Shown here: piece by piece, positions 9,437-18,932 of the stretch | Numbering within the stretch: the stretch's first letter is position 1 | Layout: each line of letters begins with the position of its first letter | Assembly: GCA_046076045.1 (NCBI GenBank) | Contig: JBJTRI010000119.1 | Span: 1,014-65,013, forward strand | Direction of reading: 5' to 3' | DNA from: a bacterium | GTDB taxonomy: Bacteria > Eisenbacteria > RBG-16-71-46 | DNA: 64,000 nucleotides | Notes under the pieces: generated by a model | Told to the model about the DNA's origin: nothing | What the model saw: the letters and a program-made list of their open reading frames with translations, nothing else | Databases searched by the model: none | Made by a program: the position numbers and the translations under genes

Positions 9437-10605
9437 GGGTGCACCTCGCCTGCGACAACGACATCCACCCGCCGATGTTCGGCGCGACGCAGCGCCTGTT
9501 CGGACTCGCGCGCGGGCTCGCGACGCGGGCCGAGGTGGAGGCGTTGTGCGTCGTGCCCGCCCGCAGCGCTGGCGCGCCCGACGAGCGTGTGGCCGGGGTC
9601 GCGCTGCACCGGCGCAAGGCCCCGCACACGAGCGTGGCGTGGTGGCTGCAGCGCGCCCGCGTCGCGCCGTCGTTCACGAGCGCGTGGGGGCATCGCGCCA
9701 ACGCGGCCGCGTACCGGCGCACGCTCGGTGCGCCCGCCGACGTGCTCGTGTGCGACCTCGCGCTCACCGGCCTGTTCGAGGGCGCGCCCGAGACCGTGCG
9801 CGCCTACCACGCGCACAACGTCGAGGCCCGCCTGTGGCCGCAGACCGCGCCGCCGGTGTGGGGGCGCGCGGCCTGGGCGCGGCGACTCGAGGACCTCGAG
9901 CGCCGTGCGGTCGCCAACAGCGACCTGTGCGTGGCGTGCACCGACGAGGACGCCGAGGCCCTGCGCGCGATCCACGGGGCGCGCGACGTCGAGGTGGTCC
10001 CGAACGGTTACGACGAGACCGCGCTCGCGCCCGCCTCGACCGAGGCCCGCGCGCGCGCCCGCCAGGCGCTCGGCATCGCCCCCGACGCCTATGTGGCGGC
10101 GTTCGTGGGCGGGGACTGGGGCCCCAACCACGATGCCGTGGCGTGGCTCGTGCGCGAGGTGGGGCCGCGGCTGGCCTCCGACGGCGGCGTGCTGCTCGTG
10201 GTCGGCGCGTTCGCGCGCCGGCTCGCGGACCGCCGCGAGCCGTGGCTCGTGACCCGTCCCGAGACGCCCGAGCTCGCCGCCGTGCTCGCCGCCGCCGACG
10301 CCGGGCTGAACCCGGTCGCGAGCGGGGGCGGGAGCAACGTCAAGGTGCCCACCTACCTCGCCTGCGGGCTCGCCGTGGTCTCGACCGCGTTCGGCGTGCG
10401 CGGCTATGCGCCGCTCGCACCCGCGGTCACGGTCGTGCCGCTCGACGGCGTCGCCGACGCGCTGCGCGCGCGTCCGCGCGGTTGGGCGGCCGCCGGCACC
10501 GCAGCGCCGAGCGCGCTCGCGGGCTACGCGTGGGGCGCGCTCGGAGCCGGGCTCGCCGACGCGTTCGCCGCACGCCTCGCCGTGCGCCGACGGGGGGTGG
10601 CGTGA
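9433..10605 (+). CDS. Glycosyltransferase family 4
   Basis: GTG start overlapping the previous stop (GTGA). GT-B fold with conserved C-terminal glycine-rich region. Confidence 0.7.
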   Translation: MRVHLACDNDIHPPMFGATQRLFGLARGLATRAEVEALCVVPARSAGAPDERVAGVALHRRKAPHTSVAWWLQRARVAPSFTSAWGHRANAAAYRRTLGAPADVLVCDLALTGLFEGAPETVRAYHAHNVEARLWPQTAPPVWGRAAWARRLEDLERRAVANSDLCVACTDEDAEALRAIHGARDVEVVPNGYDETALAPASTEARARARQALGIAPDAYVAAFVGGDWGPNHDAVAWLVREVGPRLASDGGVLLVVGAFARRLADRREPWLVTRPETPELAAVLAAADAGLNPVASGGGSNVKVPTYLACGLAVVSTAFGVRGYAPLAPAVTVVPLDGVADALRARPRGWAAAGTAAPSALAGYAWGALGAGLADAFAARLAVRRRGVA

Positions 10606-11711
10606 TGCGCGTCGCGATGATCGGGCAGAAGGGCATCCCCGCGACCTACGGGGGCATCGAGCGGCACGTCGACGAGATCGCACGCCGGCTCGTGGACCTG
10701 GGCATCGACGTGGACGTGTTCTGCCGCCTCTACTACACGCCGCCCGGTACCGAGTACCACAACATCGGTCTGCTCCGTCGGCCGAGCATCCACACCAAGC
10801 ACCTCGACACCGTGACGCACGTGGCGTGGGCGACCGCCGAGGCCATGCTCAAGCGCTACGACGTCGTGCACTTCCACGCCCTCGGGCCCGCGCTGTTCTC
10901 GGGGCTGCCGCGGCTCACGGGGTCGCGCAGCGTGGTGACCGTGCACGGGCTCGACTGGCAGCGCGAGAAGTGGGGGCGGTTCGCGTCGTGGGCGCTGCGG
11001 CGCTGCGAGGGTCCGGCCGCGCACTTCCCCGACCGCACGATCGTGGTGAGCAAGACGCTGCGCGAGCACTTCAAGCACGAGCACGGCGTGGACACCGAGT
11101 ACATCCCGAACGGTACGCACCTGCCGCAGCCGCGCGCCCCGCGCAAGCTGGCCTCGCTCGGACTCGAGCCCGGCAAGTACGTGCTGTTCGTGGGCCGACT
11201 CGTGCCCGAGAAGGGCGTGCACTTCCTGTGCGAGGCGTTCAGCCGCATCGACACCGACCTCAAGCTGGCGCTCGTGGGTGGGCTGTCGTTCTCGCAGGAC
11301 TACGTGAACCTGCTGCGGCGCTACGAGAGCGATCGCATCCGTCTGCTCGACTACGTGTTCGGGGAGTCGCTCGAGGAGCTGTGGAGCAACGCCTACTGCG
11401 TCGTGCAGCCCTCGACCATGGAGGGGCTCTCGATCGCGCTGCTCGAGGCGTTGTCGTACGGCCGCTGCGTGCTCGTCTCGGACATCCCCGAGAACATGGA
11501 GGTGGCCGAGGAGTGCGCGCTGCCGTTCCGCAGCAAGGACGTGGACGACCTGCAGGCGAAGCTCGAGCACCTCATCCGTCATCCCGACGAGGTCGCGGCC
11601 TACGGCGCGCGCGCCCGGGCCCACATCCAGCAGCATTACTCGTGGGACAACGTCGCGGAGTCCACCGCGCTCCTCTACGAGCGCCTGACCGGGAAGTCGC
11701 GACGCGGATGA
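10605..11711 (+). CDS. Glycosyltransferase family 4
   Basis: MRVAMIGQKGIPATYGGIERHV N-terminus and EGLSIALLEALSYGRCVLVSDIPEN C-terminal motif. Its start overlaps the previous stop (TGATG). Confidence 0.85.
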   Translation: MRVAMIGQKGIPATYGGIERHVDEIARRLVDLGIDVDVFCRLYYTPPGTEYHNIGLLRRPSIHTKHLDTVTHVAWATAEAMLKRYDVVHFHALGPALFSGLPRLTGSRSVVTVHGLDWQREKWGRFASWALRRCEGPAAHFPDRTIVVSKTLREHFKHEHGVDTEYIPNGTHLPQPRAPRKLASLGLEPGKYVLFVGRLVPEKGVHFLCEAFSRIDTDLKLALVGGLSFSQDYVNLLRRYESDRIRLLDYVFGESLEELWSNAYCVVQPSTMEGLSIALLEALSYGRCVLVSDIPENMEVAEECALPFRSKDVDDLQAKLEHLIRHPDEVAAYGARARAHIQQHYSWDNVAESTALLYERLTGKSRRG

Positions 11712-11760
11712 CGCCCCGCCGTGGCGCCCCGCGAGGCGCTGTGCTAACCCTTGAGGTCGC

Positions 11761-12822
11761 ATGACGACCCCGACCCGATCGCGTGGTGCGCTCATCCTGG
11801 CCGGTGGCCGGGGCGAGCGATTCTGGCCCTGGAGCACGCCGGAGCGGCCCAAGCAGTTGCTGCCGCTCGCCTCGGGCGGGCGCACGCTGCTCGCGGCCAC
11901 GTTCGCGCGCGCGACCCGGCTGGTGCCCGCCGAGTGCGTGGTCGTCATGACCGCGGCCCCGCTCGTCGAGGCCTGTCGGCGCGAGTGCCCGGGCGCGATC
12001 GTGGTGGGTGAGCCGGTGGGTCGCAACACCGCACCCGCGATCGCCGCGGCCGCCGCGTTCTTCGCCCCCGACACCGCGTTCGCGGTCCTGCCGTCGGACC
12101 ACGCCATCGACGACGAGGCGGCGTTCACCGCCGACCTCGACCGCGCCTTCGAGGTCGCCTCGCGCGACCCGCTGCTCGTGACCTTCGGCATCCGGCCCGC
12201 GACGCCCGACACCGGGTTCGGGTACGTCGAGCGCGGGGCGCCGCTCGCGCCGCGCCTGCACCGCGTCGCGCGCTTCACCGAGAAGCCCGACCTCGAGCGC
12301 GCACAGGCCTACCTCGCCGGCGGCCGACACATGTGGAACAGCGGCATGTTCGTGTGGAAGCGCCGCACCTTCATGAACGCGCTCGCGCAGGGTCGGCCGG
12401 CGATCGCCGACGCGTTCGAGGACTGGGCGTACGGTCCCGGCGACGAGCATGCGTTCGAGGCCGCGCTGGCTGCGCGGTTCGTCGACATGGAGTCGGTGTC
12501 GGTGGACTACGCGGTGCTCGAGGTGGCGTCCAACGTGGTCGTGCTCGAGGCCGCGTTCGACTGGGACGACCTCGGGGGGTGGAACGCCTGGGCGCGCCGC
12601 CAACCGGTGGACGCGCGCGGCAACGTGGCGTGGGGGCAGGCCGTGCCGGTGGACTGCGACCGCTGCGTGATCGTGGGCGACGGGGTGCCGGTGGCCCCCA
12701 TGGGGTTGTCGGACATGGTGGTGGTGACCACGCCCAACGGCACGCTCGTGTGTCGTCGCGAGGACACCGAACGCGTGCGCCGCGTCACCGAGGCGGTGCG
12801 CGCGCGACAGGGGGGAGCATGA
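11761..12822 (+). CDS. manC: Mannose-1-phosphate guanylyltransferase (ManC/CpsB-like nucleotidyltransferase)
   Basis: LILAGGRGERFWPWS...PKQLLPL N-terminal NTP-transferase motif and HMWNSGMFVW region. 353 aa. Confidence 0.75.
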   Translation: MTTPTRSRGALILAGGRGERFWPWSTPERPKQLLPLASGGRTLLAATFARATRLVPAECVVVMTAAPLVEACRRECPGAIVVGEPVGRNTAPAIAAAAAFFAPDTAFAVLPSDHAIDDEAAFTADLDRAFEVASRDPLLVTFGIRPATPDTGFGYVERGAPLAPRLHRVARFTEKPDLERAQAYLAGGRHMWNSGMFVWKRRTFMNALAQGRPAIADAFEDWAYGPGDEHAFEAALAARFVDMESVSVDYAVLEVASNVVVLEAAFDWDDLGGWNAWARRQPVDARGNVAWGQAVPVDCDRCVIVGDGVPVAPMGLSDMVVVTTPNGTLVCRREDTERVRRVTEAVRARQGGA

Positions 12823-13472
12823 GGTCGAACACCGTCCTCGCCGCAGTCGTGCTGGGGTCGTGGCTCGTCGCGTGGCCCGCGGGGGCCGCACCGTCGTCGC
12901 CGGTGGCGGACTCGCTGCCGTCGCCGACCGCGCTGCGCGTGCTCGCGCGCATCCCCGAGCCCGTGCCCGCCGACCGCGTGGTCGCGCCTGCGCCTACGCC
13001 CGCGCGCCGCGCGGCCGCACCCGAGGCCGCCTACGACACGCTGCGCACGGGCGACGTGCCGGTGCCGTCCCCGACGACGCCGTTCACCCCGCCGCCGCCG
13101 CCCGTCGTGCTGCCGCCCGAGCCCGCCGCGCCCGTGGCCCCGACCGCACCCGCCGCGCCGGCCGCACCCGCCGACGGTTCGTGCTGGCGCGTGCAGTTCG
13201 CCGCGCCCGCCGACTCGACGCTGGCCGCGTCGCGTCGCGAGGCCGCGCAGTCGTTGCTGCTCGTGGCGGCGTCGGTGGAGTTCGAGCGCGGGCTGTACAA
13301 GGTGCGCTCGCGCGACTGCATGACGCGCGAGGCCGCCGACGCGGTCAAGCGCCGTGCGACCGAGTCCGGCTTCGAGGGCGTGTTCCTGCTCGACGCCTCG
13401 GTCCGTGCGAGCGAGCCCCCGGCGACGAAGCCCGCGCCCAAGCGCAAGACGCGGCGCGGCACGAGCCGATGA
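12819..13472 (+). CDS. SPOR domain-containing protein (signal peptide, Pro/Ala-rich linker, C-terminal SPOR)
   Basis: ATGA overlap with manC. N-terminal hydrophobic signal, a long PAPT-rich linker, and a C-terminal CWRVQFAAPAD...YKVRSRDCMTREAADAVKRR segment typical of SPOR domains. Confidence 0.7.
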   Translation: MRSNTVLAAVVLGSWLVAWPAGAAPSSPVADSLPSPTALRVLARIPEPVPADRVVAPAPTPARRAAAPEAAYDTLRTGDVPVPSPTTPFTPPPPPVVLPPEPAAPVAPTAPAAPAAPADGSCWRVQFAAPADSTLAASRREAAQSLLLVAASVEFERGLYKVRSRDCMTREAADAVKRRATESGFEGVFLLDASVRASEPPATKPAPKRKTRRGTSR

Positions 13473-14713
13473 GCACGCGCCGTCTCATCCTGCACGAGGA
13501 CCGCTTCTGGCGGTCGTTGCGCCCGCTCACCGACCTGCTGCCCGTGCCCGCGCTCGCGTTCGGCGCCTCGGACCTGGCGCGTCGCTGGATCGCGTACGCG
13601 GGCCTGCCGTTGTTCGCGATCGAGGCGCGCGCCGCCGCCATGGCCGGCTGGGCCGCGGCCCCGGTGCCCGACACCGCGGCCATCGCGGCCGACGACGAGG
13701 CGCTGGTGGTGAACGCCGCCGCACTCCCGGGACCGTGGTTCGATGCCGTGCGCGCCGGGCGCGCGCCGGGCCTGTTCCTCGCGGGCGGGCGCGTCGCCGC
13801 CGCTCGCCTGCCGCTCGCGCTGTTGCGCGGCGGGATCGGACGCGGCGAGGACTTCGAGACCGTGCTGCTCGGGCTCGCGCTGCCCACCGCCCCGGTGGAC
13901 GCCGCGTTCCTCGACTGGCCGTGGGACCTCATGGCGCGCAACCCCGACGCGATCGCCGCCGACCTCGCGGGCTGCGCGCCGCGGCGTGACGGCCGCGTGC
14001 ACGCGAGCGCGGTGCTCGAGTCCCCGGAGCGCATCGCGATCGAGGACGGTGCGGTCGTGGGCCCGTTCGTGGTGCTCGACGCCAGCGACGGCCCCATCCG
14101 CATCGCGCGTGGCGCGCGCGTCGAGGCGCACTCGGTGGTGCGCGGGCCGTGCGTCGTCGGCCCCGGCACGCAGTTGCTCGGCGGCTCGTTCACCGCGTGC
14201 ACGTTCGGGCCCGAGTGCCGCGTCGCGGGCGAGGTCGAGTGGACCGTGTGGCAGGGATACGCCAACAAGCGCCACCACGGGTTCGTGGGGCACAGCGTGA
14301 TCGGGGAGTGGGTGAACCTCGGTGCGCTCACCACCACGAGCGACCTCAAGAACAACTACGGGCGCGTGCGGGTGTGGGTGGACGGCCACGAGACCGACAC
14401 CGGCAGCCCGAAGGTGGGTGCGTTCCTCGGGGCGCACGTCAAGACCGGCATCGGCACGCTGCTGCCCACCGGGGCCGCGGTCGGCAGTGCCGCCAACCTG
14501 TTCGGCGGGGGGCGCTTCGTGCCCAAGCGCGTCGCCCCGTTCGCGTGGTGGGACGGTGAGCGCTGGGCCGAGCACGACCTCGAACGCATGCTCGCGACCG
14601 CGCGTCTCGTCGCCTCGCGCCGCGGGCGCACGCTCACGCCGGCGGCCGAGGACGCGATCCGCGCGCTCCATTCGGCAACCGCCGCCGAGCGCGCCACGGT
14701 CACGGGCGCTTGA
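13469..14713 (+). CDS. Left-handed beta-helix (hexapeptide-repeat) protein with degenerate N-terminal nucleotidyltransferase-like domain
   Basis: ATGA overlap with the SPOR gene. The C-terminal half has hexapeptide repeats (IGEWVNLGALTTTSDLKNNYGRVRVWV...GAFLGAHVKTGIG); the N-terminal half lacks a GxGxR motif. Confidence 0.6.
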   Translation: MSTRRLILHEDRFWRSLRPLTDLLPVPALAFGASDLARRWIAYAGLPLFAIEARAAAMAGWAAAPVPDTAAIAADDEALVVNAAALPGPWFDAVRAGRAPGLFLAGGRVAAARLPLALLRGGIGRGEDFETVLLGLALPTAPVDAAFLDWPWDLMARNPDAIAADLAGCAPRRDGRVHASAVLESPERIAIEDGAVVGPFVVLDASDGPIRIARGARVEAHSVVRGPCVVGPGTQLLGGSFTACTFGPECRVAGEVEWTVWQGYANKRHHGFVGHSVIGEWVNLGALTTTSDLKNNYGRVRVWVDGHETDTGSPKVGAFLGAHVKTGIGTLLPTGAAVGSAANLFGGGRFVPKRVAPFAWWDGERWAEHDLERMLATARLVASRRGRTLTPAAEDAIRALHSATAAERATVTGA

Positions 14714-14790
14714 CCCTGCTCGCGCCCCGTTCCTAGACTCGCGCGGTTCGCACCCGTGGGTGCGGACCTCCATCCCTTCCCGAGGACCCG

Positions 14791-15804
14791 ATGCCCGAAC
14801 TGCGCAAGGACCCCGTCGTTGGCCGCTGGGTGATCATCTCCACCGAGCGCAGCCGCCGCCCCGGACACTTCACGCCCGAGACCGGTACGGACGCCCACGC
14901 GTTCTCCCCGTTCGCCGAGGGGCGCGAGGACATGACCCCGCCCGAGGTGTGGTCCGACCGGCCGGCCGGCAAGCCCGCGAACTCGCCGGGTTGGACGGTG
15001 CGCGTGGTCCCCAACAAGTTCCCGGCGCTCGAGATCGAGGGCTCGCTCGACCGGCGCGGCGAGGGCCTGTACGACAGGATGAACGGCGTCGGCGCGCACG
15101 AGGTCGTGATCGAGACGCCCGACCCCGGCGTGCAGTTCGCCGACCTGCCCGTGGAGCCCATGCAGCAGGTGCTCATCGCGTGGCGCGAGCGCATGCGCGA
15201 CCTGCGCAAGGACCCGCGGTTGCGCTACGTGCTCGTGTTCAAGAACCACGGCGCGGGCGCCGGGGCGACGCTCGAGCACTCGCACAGCCAGATCATCGCC
15301 ACGCCCATCATCCCGCGCATGGTGCAGGAGGAGCTCGACGGCGCGCGCCGCTACTTCGAGCTCAAGGAGCGTCCGGTGTTCTCGGACATCATCGACCAGG
15401 AGACCGGCGAGGCGCAGGGCAAGCGCGTGATCTCGCGCACCGGTCGGTTCATCGCGCTCGCACCGTTCGCGCCGCGGTTCCCGTTCGAGACCTGGGTGAT
15501 GCCGCTCGCGCACCGGCCGTCGTACCACATGATCGACGACGACGGGGAGCTGCTCGAGCTCGCCGGCCTGCTCAAGGACACGCTCGCGCGCCTCAACGCC
15601 GCGCTCGACTCGCCGCCCTACAACCTCGTGCTGCACACCGCGCCGCTGGCCGACCCGGACCATCCGCACTACCACTGGCACATCGAGATCATGCCCAAGC
15701 TCACGCGGGTCGCCGGGTTCGAGATCGGATCGGGTTTCTACATCAACCCGACGCCGCCCGAGGACGCGGCCCGCTACCTGCGCGACGTCGTCGTCGGCGC
15801 CTGA
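14791..15804 (+). CDS. GalT-family (HIT superfamily) hexose-1-phosphate nucleotidyltransferase, galactose-1-phosphate uridylyltransferase-like
   Basis: KDPVVGRWVIISTERSRRP N-terminus, Cys/His zinc site region and the HSHSQ active-site motif with catalytic His. 337 aa. Confidence 0.75.
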   Translation: MPELRKDPVVGRWVIISTERSRRPGHFTPETGTDAHAFSPFAEGREDMTPPEVWSDRPAGKPANSPGWTVRVVPNKFPALEIEGSLDRRGEGLYDRMNGVGAHEVVIETPDPGVQFADLPVEPMQQVLIAWRERMRDLRKDPRLRYVLVFKNHGAGAGATLEHSHSQIIATPIIPRMVQEELDGARRYFELKERPVFSDIIDQETGEAQGKRVISRTGRFIALAPFAPRFPFETWVMPLAHRPSYHMIDDDGELLELAGLLKDTLARLNAALDSPPYNLVLHTAPLADPDHPHYHWHIEIMPKLTRVAGFEIGSGFYINPTPPEDAARYLRDVVVGA

Positions 15805-15823
15805 GCGGAGTCCCGACCCGGTC

Positions 15824-17356
15824 ATGGGTTCGCCCCTGTCCATCGTCCACCTCGCGAGCGAGATGGCCCCGTTCGCCAAGGTGGGCGGGCTCGGTGACGT
15901 CGTCGCCGCGCTCGCGCGCGAGCAGGTCCGGCGCGGGCATCGCGTGGTGGTCGCACTGCCGCGCTACCGCGACCTCGTGCTGCCCGCCGGGTGGCGGCTC
16001 ACCGAGCTCGACGGCACGCTCGTGCCGTGGGGTGTGGGGCACGAGCCGGCCCGGTTCGCGATCGCCGAGGGCCCGCTCGACCAGCCCACCGTGCTGCTCG
16101 TCGAGCACGCCGGTGACCGCCGGTTCTTCGCGCGCGCGGGCTTCTACGACGACCCGGTGACGCACGAGGGCTACCCCGACAACCCCGAGCGCTTCCTGTT
16201 CTTCACGCGCGCCGCGCTCGAGGCGGTGAAGGCGTTCGGGGAGCGCTTCCACGTCCTGCACGCGCATGACCAGCAGGCGGCGTGGGCGCCGTGCTTCGTG
16301 CGCACGCACGATGCCGACGACGACGCGTTCCTCGGCACCGCGACCGTGTTCACGATCCACAACCTCGGCTACCAGGGCATCGTGGACCCGTGGGTGCTCG
16401 GGCTCGCCGGCTTCCCGCGCGGTGAGTTCCACCCGCGCAGCCCGTTCGAGTACCACGGCCGCGTGAACTTCATGAAGGTCGGCATCCTGTTCGCCGACCT
16501 CGTCTCGACCGTGAGCCCCACCTACGCGCGCGAGATCCAGACCACGGGCGAGTACGGGTTCGGGCTCGAGGGCGTGCTGCGTCGCCGCACGGGCGACGTG
16601 CGGGGCATCCTGAACGGCATCGACGACCACGACTGGGACCCGGCGCACGACCGTTGGCTGCCGGCGCACTACGACCGCGACCGACTCGACGGCAAGCGCG
16701 TCTGTCGTCGGGCGCTCGCGCTCGAGTCGGGCTTCCCGCTCGAGCCCGACTGGCCCATCGTGGGCATCGTGTCGAGGCTCGTCGAGCAGAAGGGCTTCGA
16801 CCTCATCGAAGCCGCCGAGCATGCGCTGTGCGACCTGCAGGCGCGCTTCGTCGTGCTGGGTATGGGTTCGCCGCGCTACGTGGAGCGGTTCCGCCGGCTG
16901 GCGGCCGAACGCCCGTGGCAGTGGCGGTTCGAGGGGGCGCACGACGAGGGACTGGCGCACCGCATCGAGGCCGGCGCCGACCTGTTCCTCATGCCGTCGC
17001 GCTACGAGCCGTGCGGGCTCAACCAGCTCTACTCGCTGCGCTACGGCACCGTGCCGGTGGTGCGCGCGACCGGGGGGTTGGCCGACACGGTGCGCGAGTT
17101 CGACCCGATCACGCGCGAGGGCAACGGGTTCGTGTTCGAGGGCTTCGCGCCGGACGAGATGGTCATGGCCCTGCGGCGCGCACTCGCGACGCACGGCGAG
17201 CCCGAGGCGTGGCGCGCGCTCCAGCGCAACGGCATGGCGCGCGACTCGAGTTGGCGGGCCGCGGCCGACGGCTACGACCGCCTGTACGCCGAGGCCATGG
17301 AGCGAGTGGCGCAGGGCCGCGTGCCGAGCCTCGAGAGCGTGCTCGACACCTTCTGA
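15824..17356 (+). CDS. glgA: Glycogen (starch) synthase, ADP-glucose type (GT5)
   Basis: The KVGGLGDVV motif near the N-terminus is the hallmark of GlgA. GT-B fold, 510 aa. Confidence 0.85.
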   Translation: MGSPLSIVHLASEMAPFAKVGGLGDVVAALAREQVRRGHRVVVALPRYRDLVLPAGWRLTELDGTLVPWGVGHEPARFAIAEGPLDQPTVLLVEHAGDRRFFARAGFYDDPVTHEGYPDNPERFLFFTRAALEAVKAFGERFHVLHAHDQQAAWAPCFVRTHDADDDAFLGTATVFTIHNLGYQGIVDPWVLGLAGFPRGEFHPRSPFEYHGRVNFMKVGILFADLVSTVSPTYAREIQTTGEYGFGLEGVLRRRTGDVRGILNGIDDHDWDPAHDRWLPAHYDRDRLDGKRVCRRALALESGFPLEPDWPIVGIVSRLVEQKGFDLIEAAEHALCDLQARFVVLGMGSPRYVERFRRLAAERPWQWRFEGAHDEGLAHRIEAGADLFLMPSRYEPCGLNQLYSLRYGTVPVVRATGGLADTVREFDPITREGNGFVFEGFAPDEMVMALRRALATHGEPEAWRALQRNGMARDSSWRAAADGYDRLYAEAMERVAQGRVPSLESVLDTF

Positions 17357-17384
17357 GCCCGCGACCCCGCGCGGTTCGCGATCG

Positions 17385-18592
17385 TCAGTTCGCGGACTCG
17401 AGGAACCGCGCGTGCAGCGCACGCACCGCGTCCTCGATGCGGTCGCCCGGCACGCGCAGGATGAGCGCGGCCGGCGTGGTGCGCAGCGCGATGAGCGGCA
17501 CCCCGACGCGCTCGAGGGCGCGCTCGGCGAGTGCCGCTTCGCGGGCCCCGAGCCCCAGCCCCACGAGCGAGACGAACGCCGCGTCGTGCACCGCGTCGAG
17601 CCGCCACTCGCCGCCCGGGCCGCGCAGTTCGCGGAACGTGCGCTGCAACTCCTCGACGTCGTGACGCTCGCCCATCCACACCAGTGCGCCGTGCGTGGGC
17701 GTGGCCTGCTCGTGCGCGACGAGTTCGAGCGCGGGGAAGCGCTCGTGCACCGACTCGAGGATGCCACGGGCCTCGCCGACGCCGCCGGCGTTGCCCTCGG
17801 CGAGCGCGAGCGAGACGTGGGCGCGATGGGTGACGGCTTCGACTCGAGGGGCTTCCACGGTGTCCTCCGCGATCTCGGTGCCCGGGGCGTCCCGGAACGA
17901 CGAACGAACGGTGAGCGGCACGCGCTCGCGCGCGGCCAGGTCCACGCAGCGCGCGTGCAGCACGCGGCCGCCGAGGTGGGCGAGGGCCGAGCACGCGCGA
18001 TAGCCGAGCCGCGGCACGAGGCGCGCGGCCGGCACCAGTCGCGGGTCGGCGGTGAACACGCCGTCCACGTCGGTGAGGATCTCGCAGCGCGCACGGCCGA
18101 GGGCGGCGGCGAGCGCGACCGCGGTCGTGTCGCTGCCCCCGCGGCCGAGCGTGGTGATCTCCTTGGTGACCGGCGAGACACCCTGGAAGCCGGCCACGAT
18201 CACGACGTCGTCGTTCGCGAGCGCCGCCTGCAGCCGGTCGGGCCGCACCCCCACGATGCGCGCGTTCGAGTGCGCCTCGTCGGTGAGGATGCCGCTCTGC
18301 GAGCCCGTGAACGAGATCGCGCGCACCCCGAGGTCGTGCAGGGCCATGGCGAGCAGCGCCATCGAGACGCGCTCGCCGGTCGAGAGCAGCATGTCCATCT
18401 CGCGGCGCGACGGGCTGGGGGAGACCTCGCGCGCGAGCGCGATGAGGTCGTCGGTGGTGTCGCCCATGGCGCTCACCACCACCACCATGGAGTTCCCCTG
18501 CTCGCGCGCCGCGGCGATGCGCCGGGCCACGGCCCGGATGCGATCGGGGCCGTTCACCGAGGTGCCGCCGTACTTGTGGACGAGGATGCTCA
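17385..18592 (-). CDS. lysC: Aspartate kinase
   Basis: Minus-strand ORF. I placed the start at GTG ([13 protein letters not shown], the KFGGTS kinase motif) so the gene does not run through the tRNA. Kinase domain plus two C-terminal ACT-like regions. Confidence 0.8.
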
Positions 18593-18799
18593 CTGGGCGA
18601 GGGATAGACGGTCGGGGCGGTCCGTGCAACCCGCGCCCGCGGCCCCGTCCGGGCGGGGACGGCTCCGGGGCCGGCCCGGCTCCGAGGGGGCCCGTGCGGG
18701 GCTGCCGGGGGCCTTCCCGGCGAGCTCCCCGGCGGGGCGAGCGGGGGCGGGCTTGACGGTCACGCCTCCGGCCGGATATGGTTGCCGCCGCTCTTGTTC

Positions 18800-18876
18800 G
18801 CGGAAGTAGCTCAGCCCGGTAGAGCATCACCTTGCCAAGGTGAGGGTCGGGGGTTCGAATCCCCTCTTCCGCTCCA
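18800..18876 (+). tRNA. tRNA-Gly (anticodon GCC)
   Basis: Hand-folded cloverleaf: acceptor GCGGAAG/CTTCCGC, D-arm GCTC..GAGC, anticodon stem TCACC/GGTGA with loop TTGCCAA, T-arm GGGGG-TTCGAAT-CCCCT, discriminator T, encoded CCA. Confidence 0.85.
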
Positions 18877-18932
18877 TGTCCGCACGGGCCGGCCTTCCAG
18901 GTCGGCCCGTCGCGCTTTCCGGGGGTGTTCCC

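Noticed and set aside
7355-11711. Very long plus-strand ORFs 7355..9436 and 9546..11711 suggesting 690-720-aa proteins
   Set aside because: Their N-terminal halves are out-of-frame read-throughs of the preceding glycosyltransferase genes. The real genes begin at internal starts (8459 and 10605) that overlap the upstream stop codons and give canonical GT N-termini.
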